NCBI GenBank assembly: GCA_965248255.1
Contig: CBDFIW010000002.1
Location: 276,162-340,161, forward strand
Origin: Bryobacterales bacterium
GTDB taxonomy: Bacteria > Acidobacteriota > Terriglobia > Bryobacterales > UBA6623
Reading direction: 5' to 3'
Length of the DNA stretch: 64,000 bases
In this document: piece by piece, positions 41,722 through 50,839 of the stretch
Layout: each line of letters starts with the position of its first letter
Position numbering within the stretch: the first letter of the stretch is position 1
The notes under the pieces: generated by a model
Databases searched by the model: none
Told to the model about the DNA's origin: nothing
What the model saw: only the letters and a program-made list of their open reading frames with translations
Translations under genes and position numbers: made by a program

Positions 41722-42519
41722 TTAGGTGCCGGCGTGGATCGTCTCAACGATTCCACCGATAGTTCGCTTTGCGCTCAGGATGGCGAGGAGGCTTGTCTTC
41801 GGGTTCGCACTGGGCTTGTTTTCGGCTTTGACCGTAATCGTGCCGAAGTCGCCCTTGCAAACGACTTCATGCATGTTTGACGTTGCGGCGGGATCGGCGA
41901 CCACGTTGACCCGCAGGTCTTCAAATCCCGATGTGACAAACAAGGTAGCGGCCACGTTCACGTTCTTCGGAAAACCACGAACGACTTCCGCGAGACCACC
42001 GGAGAAGATCGTTGTGGCGGAAGACAGCCCGGCAAGATCGATGCCGGTTTCGACGACGTACGGCGCTCCTGCCAAGCCCGCGGGCGGCTTGGTCGTCGTC
42101 AACGTCAGGGAGGAAATGCGAGTTGCCACCGCCTTGATCGCATCCAACCCGGCGATCGCGCCGGACGGCAAAAAAACCTCGCAATGCTTCAGGCGTCTGA
42201 CCCGATCACGGTTTTCTATCAATGCCGACGTGCTTAGCAGAAAAAGCCTTCTTCCGGGCATGTCGAGCCGCGGGTGAGCGAGGATAGCGCAGGCGACGTC
42301 CTTGTTGGCCGTTTCGACGATGAGATCGACGGCATCGACCAAGTCGGCTAGATCGGGGGTTTCGAACTGGGCCGGCTGGATCTCGGTGAGCAGTCGGCGG
42401 ATCGGCTCCGGCTCCACGTCGCAAACAGCCTGGAGGGTAAACGCCTCGTGCTGATGCACAAAACGGGCAAGCTCCAGGCCGATGTTGCCGCAGCCGACAA
42501 TGCCGACGCTAAGAGCCAT
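41722..42519 (-). CDS. nadX: L-aspartate dehydrogenase
   Basis: GIVGCGNIG, PSGAIAGLD, LTTTKPP, FPKNVNVAA and NKPSANPKTSLLA. Confidence 0.85.
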   Translation of the reverse strand: MALSVGIVGCGNIGLELARFVHQHEAFTLQAVCDVEPEPIRRLLTEIQPAQFETPDLADLVDAVDLIVETANKDVACAILAHPRLDMPGRRLFLLSTSALIENRDRVRRLKHCEVFLPSGAIAGLDAIKAVATRISSLTLTTTKPPAGLAGAPYVVETGIDLAGLSSATTIFSGGLAEVVRGFPKNVNVAATLFVTSGFEDLRVNVVADPAATSNMHEVVCKGDFGTITVKAENKPSANPKTSLLAILSAKRTIGGIVETIHAGT

Positions 42520-42563
42520 AGGCGATCTGGTGGCCGCTCTCGAACTCCGGCCGGCTTAGGCTG

Positions 42564-45500
42564 TCACAATCCCGCGCGCAGGTACTCGATGACGTCGGCG
42601 ATGTCTTGGCGGGACATGTCTTCTTCGAGGCCGTCGGGCATGAGTGAGACGGTGGAGGTTCGTATCTCGGCGAGGTTCTTGCGCAGGATGGTAACGTCCT
42701 CGTACTCGCCTCGAAGTTTGATGGCCTCGGCCGTTTCTCCGGCCAGCAGGCCGTCGTAGATGCGGCCTTTGTTGTCCACGGCGATGTAGTTCGCATAGCT
42801 GGGCCGGATGTCGTAGCTGGGATCGAGGATGGTGAGCAACAGCTCGTCGCGGGTCTTGTTGTTGACGCCGGAGAGGTCAGGCCCGATGCGGCCGCGCTCA
42901 CCTTGCCGCAGGTGGCACTTGCCGCAGTGGTCTTCGAAGACTTGTTTGCCGTGCCCGACCTTGCCGGCGAGGGCCAGCGTGTCCTGATAATCTTCCACTA
43001 CCTTCGACCGGTCGCTGACTTCGCCTTGGAGCAGCGTCTTGGCGCGCTCTTGAATGGCGGGGTCGGGGTATTGCGTGAGGCGGATCTTCGAGACGGCGTC
43101 GATCGACGGGGCGGGGACGTCACCGGCTTCGACCGCTGTCAACAGCGCTTGCGCCCTTTCCTTCTTGCGCATCATCGCCTGCGCGACGCGCTCCCGAACC
43201 GGCGGGCCGTAGCCGCTCCAACCGGCCAGCAGCGTTTCCGAGACTTCGGCCTCGTCGAATGCCGACAGCGTGTCGGCGGCGGCGGCCTGGATGTCTTGGG
43301 GCGTCGGTGTCGTAAGAATCTCGGCGAGCACAGCAGAGACCTGTGAATACGCGCCTCCGCGCAAAGCACTGACGGCGCGTATGCGCTGCTCGATCGCGAG
43401 ATCGTCGTTGCCCGCTTCCGCAAGCGATTGCCGCACGAAGGCGGGCAGGGCAAAATACTGGGCTGCCTCACGCGCGGCAGCTCCCACGTCGTCGGACGGG
43501 TCGTTGACCAGCTTGATCATGATGCGGCGCACGGAAGGAATCCCTAGGCCGCGGGAGCCCTCGATGGCGAGGCCTCGCGCCAGTCCCGCGAGGGCGGCGC
43601 GACGCCATTCGTCCGGCCGCAGCGCCGGAGTATCGGTGATCGCCATCAGGAACAGCGATATCGCGTCCGAATTGCGACCCGCTCCGACGAGCGAGGAGAG
43701 CTGCGAGAGGAAATCTTGCCTGCCTTCGGACGGTTCGCTGAAGAACCGCCTGTGGCGCGTCAGCAGCCGGTTGAGCACCCTCATGCCCGAGCCGCCGACC
43801 GAACTAAGCAGCGCACTGCGGAACCAGGGGTCGTCGGCGTGTTCGGGAATCAGGCTCGCCAGCGTGCGGTGATTGCCCGGTATGAGTCCCAGAGTCAGGA
43901 TCAGTTGGAATCGGACGCGCGGATCTTCGTCCTTGGTCCTGGCGGTCAAGGCCGCCGACAGCTCGGGCAGAAACGCCTCGGCCATCTTGATGGCGTTCTC
44001 GCGGATGCGCGGATGGCCGTCGCGCAGGGCTTCGCGGACCATCGAAGCTTCGAGCGCGCCGAGTCCTTCGAGCACCCATAGCGCGTGGAGCCGTGCTTGC
44101 GGGAACTCGCTTGCCGTCAGTTCCTTGAGCAAAGGCACAGCCTGTTGGTCTTGCTTCTCGACCAGCAATCGATGAGCCGTGCGGCGATGCCAGCCGTTAG
44201 CATGCTCGAGCGTCTCGACCAACTCCGCCGTGGTCGCGGTGCCTAGGTTGGGTTTAAGGCTCCGCTGCTGACGCGGATTCTCGGGAACGATGCGGTAGAT
44301 GCGGCCACGGTCGCCGCCCCGGTAGAAGTCCATTTGCAGCTTTTCCTGCAGCGCCATCGGGATCGAGCGCGGCTCTTCGATGTACTCACGGTAGATGTCG
44401 ACGACGTACAGGTTGCCATCGGGCGCATTGGCGAAGTTCGCCGGTGAGAACCAGTTGTCCGGCGCAGCCAGAAATTCGCGTTCGCCTTGCGGGGCTCGAT
44501 GGGCTTGGTACGTCGCGCCGTCGACCGTCATCACATTGCGGCGCACGAGGTTTCCGTTCACTTCGCCGATGAAAATGTTGCCGGCGTACTCGTCGGGGAA
44601 GTTGTCGCCGACATAGACGGTCGCGCCGGTGGCGGCCGAGAAGCGTCCCCACAGGACTTCGGTGCGCCCGGGACGCGTTTCGTCGTAGCGTTTCTGGCGC
44701 GCCGCGGTCCGTTCGATGCGCCACTGCTGCGGCTTGGTGAGCGGGTAGATGAAGTTCTCCTTATCGTCGTGCTCGACGGTGAACTGCATCATCCGCGGCG
44801 GCGAGAAGAAGCGATTCCGCAGGATGTAGCGCGCAGGCAGCACGGCGTGGCTGAGAAAGATCGTGTTCCGCGAGCCAAAGCGATGGCCCCACTCATCGAA
44901 CGACATGCCGTATTGCGTCGAGCCCCCTGCGGGCTCCCAAGCGCCGGTGCCGGGGTGAAAGCGGAAGTCGTATCCGCGTACGACGACGCCGGGTTTGTCG
45001 GGATATTTGGGCGACGTGACCGTGCCCGGCCGGCCGCCGTTGGCGGCGTAGATCCAGTTGTCAAGGCCGTATCGCAGGCTGTTGACACGGGCTTCGGGGG
45101 ACGCCTCACGGCCCTGAAAACCGGTGAACCAGACTTCGCGGACATCGGCCTTGTGGTCGCCGTCGGTGTCTTTGAAATAGAAGATCTCGGGCGCGGCCGT
45201 GACCAGCACACCGCCCTTCCAGGGCATGACGCTTGAAGCCTGCAGAAGGTTATCGACGAACAGGGTCGCCGTCTCGAAGCGGCCGTCGCCGTCCTGGTCT
45301 TGGAGAAAGCGGATGCGGCTGCGGGGCTGCTCCCCTTCTTCGGGGTCGAAGGGGTAGTCGAGCATCTCGCAGACCCACAGGTCGCCGTTTTCGTCGAAGG
45401 CGATATCGACCGGATCGACCACTTCGGGTTCAGCCGCGACAACTTCGACGCGAAACCCGTCGACGATTTGCATCGCCTGGGCGGCCTGCGCGGGTGGTGT

Positions 45501-45626
45501 CGGGTCCGTATCGTAGGGGCCCTTCTCGGGACCGCTCGAGCCGCAACCGAAAGCCAGCCATGCAAGCAGGAACGCTAATGGGGGAGGCGTCAACCGCTTT
45601 CGTGACGGGGTGTTCGCTATGTGCAT
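42564..45626 (-). CDS. PVC-type membrane-bound dehydrogenase with heme CxxCH domain (lipoprotein)
   Basis: VAAEPEVVDPV, propeller, HEAT-like repeats, CGKCH, IGPDL and SLMPDGLE. Confidence 0.88.
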   Translation of the reverse strand: MHIANTPSRKRLTPPPLAFLLAWLAFGCGSSGPEKGPYDTDPTPPAQAAQAMQIVDGFRVEVVAAEPEVVDPVDIAFDENGDLWVCEMLDYPFDPEEGEQPRSRIRFLQDQDGDGRFETATLFVDNLLQASSVMPWKGGVLVTAAPEIFYFKDTDGDHKADVREVWFTGFQGREASPEARVNSLRYGLDNWIYAANGGRPGTVTSPKYPDKPGVVVRGYDFRFHPGTGAWEPAGGSTQYGMSFDEWGHRFGSRNTIFLSHAVLPARYILRNRFFSPPRMMQFTVEHDDKENFIYPLTKPQQWRIERTAARQKRYDETRPGRTEVLWGRFSAATGATVYVGDNFPDEYAGNIFIGEVNGNLVRRNVMTVDGATYQAHRAPQGEREFLAAPDNWFSPANFANAPDGNLYVVDIYREYIEEPRSIPMALQEKLQMDFYRGGDRGRIYRIVPENPRQQRSLKPNLGTATTAELVETLEHANGWHRRTAHRLLVEKQDQQAVPLLKELTASEFPQARLHALWVLEGLGALEASMVREALRDGHPRIRENAIKMAEAFLPELSAALTARTKDEDPRVRFQLILTLGLIPGNHRTLASLIPEHADDPWFRSALLSSVGGSGMRVLNRLLTRHRRFFSEPSEGRQDFLSQLSSLVGAGRNSDAISLFLMAITDTPALRPDEWRRAALAGLARGLAIEGSRGLGIPSVRRIMIKLVNDPSDDVGAAAREAAQYFALPAFVRQSLAEAGNDDLAIEQRIRAVSALRGGAYSQVSAVLAEILTTPTPQDIQAAAADTLSAFDEAEVSETLLAGWSGYGPPVRERVAQAMMRKKERAQALLTAVEAGDVPAPSIDAVSKIRLTQYPDPAIQERAKTLLQGEVSDRSKVVEDYQDTLALAGKVGHGKQVFEDHCGKCHLRQGERGRIGPDLSGVNNKTRDELLLTILDPSYDIRPSYANYIAVDNKGRIYDGLLAGETAEAIKLRGEYEDVTILRKNLAEIRTSTVSLMPDGLEEDMSRQDIADVIEYLRAGL

Positions 45627-45859
45627 TCGGGGAGCGGCCTTGTTTCCTAGTGGCGTGTACGCAGAGCTTCAGACCGATGAATGCAACCTTGCACACTCCA
45701 TTCTATCGTGCATCCCGCGTGGAGCCGTTCCGCCCCAAATCCGTAAGTAAGCCTCGACGACCGCTTGACGCCTCGGCCCGGTGTGACCAACCCAGTCGCC
45801 ACGTTAGAGCCGCGGACGGGAGTCCGCGGTTGGTGTAGGGTGGAAGCGTCGCGCTGTCT

Positions 45860-46150
45860 CACGGCGCAAGGCGATGCCTCCGCGCACGGTTCCTAGCCCC
45901 GGCAGGGGCGTTTGAAAGTAGCCCACCGCGCAAGCGGTGGGTCAACCGTGCCCAACGATCCCCAGCCCCGGCAGGGGCGTTTGAGATTTGTTTTCCTGGC
46001 ACCCGGTGGGTGGGGAACAGGAGAAACACGTAGGCTCTTCGAGGCTCGGCCTGTTGCTGTTGCGGATCGCACAGCGCAACCTGCAGCCTCCTTACGGACG
46101 GATTACGGTCCGCGGGCACAACCCTTCGGTCGCGGGGACTCTTACGCCGG
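45860..46150. repeat. REP-like compound palindromes, family B variant
   Basis: AGCCCCGGCAGGGGCGTTTGA twice and CCCACCGCGCAAGCGGTGGG. Confidence 0.6.
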
Positions 46151-46248
46151 GGTGATAAAATCCGTCTGAGCGGCGCGTGTTCCCCCCGTGCCCGACGGCT
46201 TGGCCTTGCGGCTTGGGGCGGGCGACTTCGTTTGCGGGAGATGGATCG

Positions 46249-47139
46249 TTGCGCACACTGGTACTAGGAGCGGGCGGGCAGCTCGGCACGGAGCTGGTGG
46301 CTGCGCTCCAGCGGCGTGGACATCAGGTCGTCGGGCTGGGCCGGCAGCAGCTCGATATTACTGCGTCCGCGCAAGTCGACCAAGCGTTCGAACAGCACAG
46401 GCCCGAGTGGGTCATCAACTCGGCCGCCTACAACCAGGTGGACTTGGCCCAGAAAGAGCCCGAGGCGGCGATGCAGGTGAACGGTCTCGCCGTGCGTTTG
46501 CTGGCGATGGCGTCGCAGCGTACGGGCGCCACGTTCATGCACTTTTCCACCGACCACGTGTTCGACGGCACCAAGACCGATCCGTACACCGAAGAGGACC
46601 TGCCGAACCCCCCTTCGGCCTACGCCGTATCGAAACTGGCCGGCGAGCTATACGCCAGGGTGTACTGCGACAAACTGTTTTTGGTGCGCGTCGCCGGTGT
46701 GTTTGGGCCGGCGGGCCGCTATACGAAGCGCAGCAATTTCCCGGAGCTGATCTTGCGTAAGGCGGCCGAGGGCAGTCCGCTACGGGTGGTCGAGGATTTC
46801 TTCGCCACTCCCACCTACTCGCCAGCATTGGCGTCACGGGCGATCGACCTTCTCGAGGGCGCCCCTGCCGGGCTATATCACATCGGCGGCGGCACCACGA
46901 TCTCGTGGTACGACTACGCGCTGCAGATCCTGGCACTGGCGGGTCTCAAGGCCGACATCGAGCCGAGCAACTATCGCGAGTACGTAACCCCGGCACGGCG
47001 TCCCCGGCACGCGGCGCTGTCAAACGCCAAGCTGGAGTCGCTGGGTATCGCGAAGATGCCGCCCTTGGAGGAGGCGCTCAGAGAGTATCTCGAACGGCGG
47101 GAAGCCGTGCCGGATCCATCGCAGGGAGCAGCGACGTAG
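46249..47139 (+). CDS. rfbD: dTDP-4-dehydrorhamnose reductase (TTG start)
   Basis: GAGGQLG, NSAAYNQVD, STDHVFDG, YAVSK, TPTY and PARRP. Confidence 0.9.
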   Translation: MRTLVLGAGGQLGTELVAALQRRGHQVVGLGRQQLDITASAQVDQAFEQHRPEWVINSAAYNQVDLAQKEPEAAMQVNGLAVRLLAMASQRTGATFMHFSTDHVFDGTKTDPYTEEDLPNPPSAYAVSKLAGELYARVYCDKLFLVRVAGVFGPAGRYTKRSNFPELILRKAAEGSPLRVVEDFFATPTYSPALASRAIDLLEGAPAGLYHIGGGTTISWYDYALQILALAGLKADIEPSNYREYVTPARRPRHAALSNAKLESLGIAKMPPLEEALREYLERREAVPDPSQGAAT

Positions 47140-47244
47140 GGAGCAGGACACCAGTGCGCTGTCGCAGCTCTTCCCTGACCTGAGAGCGGTCCGGCGGTTT
47201 CTCTGCAACGGTCGCTGTCGCAGCCCTCGGTTGGCTGCTCGGTA

Positions 47245-47505
47245 TGCCTGGTGTTGAGTGTTCCGGCGCATGACGACGACCGCGCTCTGGTAACGCTGGC
47301 GCCCCATACCACGAGCGTCCGCGGTTCCCGCTTCGAAGTGAGCGTCCAGGTCAGGTTCCTGCGCCCAGGCGCCTTCAACGCTCAGGGCTTGGTCACCGTA
47401 CCCAACGCCAAATTGGTGCGAAAGGCCGCCGCTCTGTCGGCGGATCAGTTGTCGGCCGTCGAGGGCGCCGTTCGGAGATGGCTCGGCCTGCACGAAACTA
47501 CCTAG
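47245..47505 (+). pseudogene. 5'-truncated PemK/MazF family toxin
   Basis: CLVLS..RALVTLAPHTTS.RGSRFEV..QLSAVEGAVRRWLGL; the N-terminal RGEVW..K.RP segment and an antitoxin are absent. Confidence 0.65.
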
Positions 47506-48388
47506 CCGTGCGCAGGACCGTCGACCCCGTCCGGCTCGGCGGGACACGTTTTCGGGGAGCAGGTCAACGGGACCGCGCATCAAAGACCGCGTCAAGCTCA
47601 CCGGCAACCCCAACGTCAAGGACGATGGGCACACCAACCCAAGACCGGCGAGTAAATCGACTTCATCACCTTCGCCGCAGCGAAGACCGCTTCTCCTAGC
47701 ACTTTGACAAAGACGGCAGCCCCTCCGAAGAGATGCTCCTGGCCCAGCAAGACCGCCTGGAGAACTGGCAGTTGCTGCAGGAGCTGGCGAGGATTAAGGA
47801 GTAGGCCGCAAGCCACTTCCAACGTTCTTACCCTGGCTAGCTCCAGTAGCCCGAGCGCCCGTCCGCAAAGCGGACCCGGGAGAATAGCCCACAGGTTCAC
47901 TTGTGGGTGAACAAAGCCACAACGAGAAGCCCTGGAGGGGTGACGCAAGGCCCTTCGCTTACTCGCGGATTTGGGGCTCTCCTCCCGGAAGGGCTCCGTC
48001 ACCTTTTGACCACCCACCTTTTGACCTCGGACTCTACGTCTCACCGTACTGCGAGTAGTTTTGCGCAACTGTCCCGTACTTGCCTCGGGACCTGAAAAAG
48101 GCGAACGACCTGGACTCGCGAGCCCCGGATCACGCGGCGGACACCGTTCGCTACGCCGTGCTGAGACGGAGACAAGAGACGACTGCACGTCCGCTAGAGT
48201 GGTGAGGGGGGCGTTTCCGGGCCCACCGTGTCAACCTCGCACTTGTTCACCATCATGGTCCTCGTACAATGAGAGCTGGGTCAGGCCAGCGTTGTCAGTT
48301 ACAGCCACGCTGTAGGAGAAAACAGAGCAGCTAGGCATGCGAAGAGGTATCGCATATGGGCTTCACGCGGCACGCAACAGACCTTATC

Positions 48389-49164
48389 TCAAAGAGAATC
48401 GGCGCGGGGCATGCACTCGGCGATCACGCTGCCGTCAAGGCTGTTGAGCGCCGCAAACAGGGTGGTCGTGCCGTTGCGCTTGTAATCGTGGGTCATCGTT
48501 TGGCCGCGTCCCTTTTTGAGCGGCAGGCCGGGCTGGGTGCGATCGAGGGCTTGGATTTGGGACTTCTCATCGAGCGAGAGAACCAGAGCATGCTCAGGCG
48601 GATTGAGATAGAGTCCGACGATGTCGTCGAGTTTCTCGGCGAAACGCGGGTCATTGCTGAGCTTGAGGGTCTTGACGCGGTGGGGCTTGAGGCCATGGGC
48701 GCGCCAAATCCGTCCCACGGTGGAAGCGCTGACGCCGGCCGCGGCGGCCATGGTGCGGCGGCTCCAGTGGGTGGCGTTGGACGGTTTCTCGCGGGTGGTC
48801 TTGTGGATGATCTGCTGTACTTTCTGCTTCGAGACGGCAGGTTTACGACCGGGCCGTGGGGCGTCTTTTGCAATGCCGGCGATGCTGCTTTCGAGAAAGC
48901 GCGTGCGCCAGCGGGCCACCAACTGCCGCGAGACACCGAGCTGTGCGGCGATCTGCTTATTCTCGAGACCGTCGGCGGCCAGCAGGACAATCCTGGCTCG
49001 CAGGGCGAGACGAACGGCGACTTGGCGGCCGCGCGCGTAGCGGTCCAACTGCTTGCATTGCGCTGTGTTCAAAGTTACTGGTTGTGCTCTTCGCATCCCA
49101 TGCCTCCTGTTAATAGAGACGATGGGAAGCCAATATAAGTTACATTATTTATGGTGCACTACAC
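48389..49164 (-). mobile_element. Truncated IS630 family element (left end plus 5' part of transposase, 48389-49096)
   Basis: [36 protein letters not shown] and [15 protein letters not shown]; end CTAGTGTAGTGCACC; later DDE residues missing. Confidence 0.85.
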
Positions 49165-49589
49165 TAGCACGGTCACAGTATACACCCGCGCTGCCCCGAA
49201 TGCCACGTCTTTTCGGGCTGAACGCTGCACATGATCTCGGCTGACCTTGGGGCAGTTTTGGGGCAGTTCGGGGACAGAGCCCGAACTCGGGTTGGCAAGG
49301 CGACCTCGCGGCGCTCCTCGACCTGGTCCAGCGTTACACAACGATTCCGCTGTGCAACTTCCTCTATCGTCGGAACCCCAGTCACAGAATCTTCATCCCA
49401 CAGAATCAATTACTTACGGCGAAAACGGCCGATTACCACAGACCGGTGCGCTATCCTGAGACCGGAGAGGGGAGCGTGACAACCCATGAATGACAACCTT
49501 GCCGAAATTGCCGAAAACCTTGCCAAACTGTCCAAAAGGCCAGCCAGCCGTCCCAGGCCCCGAATCTTTACAGGGACTGGCACGTGATG

Positions 49590-49700
49590 CGGGGGAGGAA
49601 GGTGAGTCGTCCCTTGCCGGGCTCTCTTGGGATGGGCGGATTGCTTTCCCAAGGTTGACACCTTGGGCTGATCGTTGGGCCGCCCTCTTCGGGGGCTCCA
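49590..49700 (-). repeat. REP-like compound palindrome, family B (homolog of 23890-23995)
   Basis: Reverse complement reads GCCCCCGAAGAGGGCGGCCCAA...CCCAAGGTGTCAACCTTGGGAAAGCAATCC. Confidence 0.7.
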
Positions 49701-49761
49701 TGGCCGTCATAAAATTCGTTCGGATTCCCGAGAAATGTGCGCAGGAGGGACGGGAACGCGC

Positions 49762-49900
49762 TAGAATGGTAGCGGCCCCGACGGAAGACTACACTTCCGC
49801 CGAGGCCTACGCCACCACGGACAGAGCCCGTGGTAAGCGACAGTACCATTCTAACGGGCTTGTGTCCGTGGTGGTCTTCTCATGCGAGGGGAAGGTCATC
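49762..49900. ncRNA. Candidate structured leader or antisense RNA, copy 2
   Basis: Same fold as 23606-23745 with different loop sequences. Confidence 0.5.
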
Positions 49901-50089
49901 ATGGACGTACGTGCAATGTTGAAGGTGCTCCACCAGGAGCGCGAGTTGCTGAACCAGGCGATCGTCACGCTGGAGATTCTGGCGCGCGGCAAGGGGAAGC
50001 GGCGCGGCCGTCCGCCGCGTTGGCTGCGCGAGGGGAGGCAGCCCTCACCGCCCAAGCACCCGGGGCGGAAGCTCTTGCATCGTGAATAG
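49901..50089 (+). CDS. Small helical protein with AT-hook-like KRRGRPP motif, copy 2
   Basis: MDVRAMLKVLHQERELLNQAIVTLEILARGKGKRRGRPPRWL. Confidence 0.75.
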   Translation: MDVRAMLKVLHQERELLNQAIVTLEILARGKGKRRGRPPRWLREGRQPSPPKHPGRKLLHRE

Positions 50090-50108
50090 CGAGGCGCGCG
50101 GGACAGCA

Positions 50109-50645
50109 GCAGCCCCGAAGCGGGCGACCCAAGCAACAGCCCAGGGTGTCAGCCCTGGGAAACCATCCCCACAGGACACGAGCCCTGTAAGGGGGGACTC
50201 AACTCACGCGAAAGGAGGCCCTTTCGAAGAGGCAGAAGACCGACTGCGGGCCCAAGCATCGCTTTTCGCGTTGAGGTAGCGCCACAAGCCTTGGCTGACC
50301 TCGACGGACGGGCAGCCACTCAACCCATTCCGCACCCGCGAGTCACAGATTTTCAGAAGAAATTTCCCCCATCCTTTCAATCACTTGCCTTCCCAGCTAC
50401 CCGTCAGCCCCAAAACTGAATCGTATACTGTGGGCGAGGAAAGCCTTGGCAGAGATTTCACCAGCATGCGGAAGGGCGCTCCGTATTCATAAGGGCTCCA
50501 CGGGTGCAAGGCCAAGTGCACGTCCGAATGCCCGCCACGACGGCGAACCCCGTAGAGGTGGTCCAGGTAACAGCCCTGGGCGTGAGCCCAGGGAAACCGA
50601 TCCCCGCCAACATCTCTTGAGCCCTGTAAGGGCGGCTCAACTCCC
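50109..50645 (+). repeat. Two family-B REP-like blocks (50109-50205 and 50545-50645)
   Basis: AGCCCAGGGTGTCAGCCCTGGGAAACC...GAGCCCTGTAAGGG and AGCCCTGGGCGTGAGCCCAGGGAAACC...GAGCCCTGTAAGGGCGG. Confidence 0.7.
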
Positions 50646-50839
50646 GCAACGATTCCGGCCACCGGGCCATACCAGGGCCACCCGTGGTCACACCATGCGT
50701 AAAGGATTTGTACAGGCCTTTGCAGATAGGGGTCAATCGCGGCCAAGAGCGGATAAAAGAGGACAGCGTGGCCGCCCCCGAAGCCCCCCAAGGCGACCCT
50801 CAGCAACGGCGCCTGCCAGATGGCAGCAGCGATCGCCGC

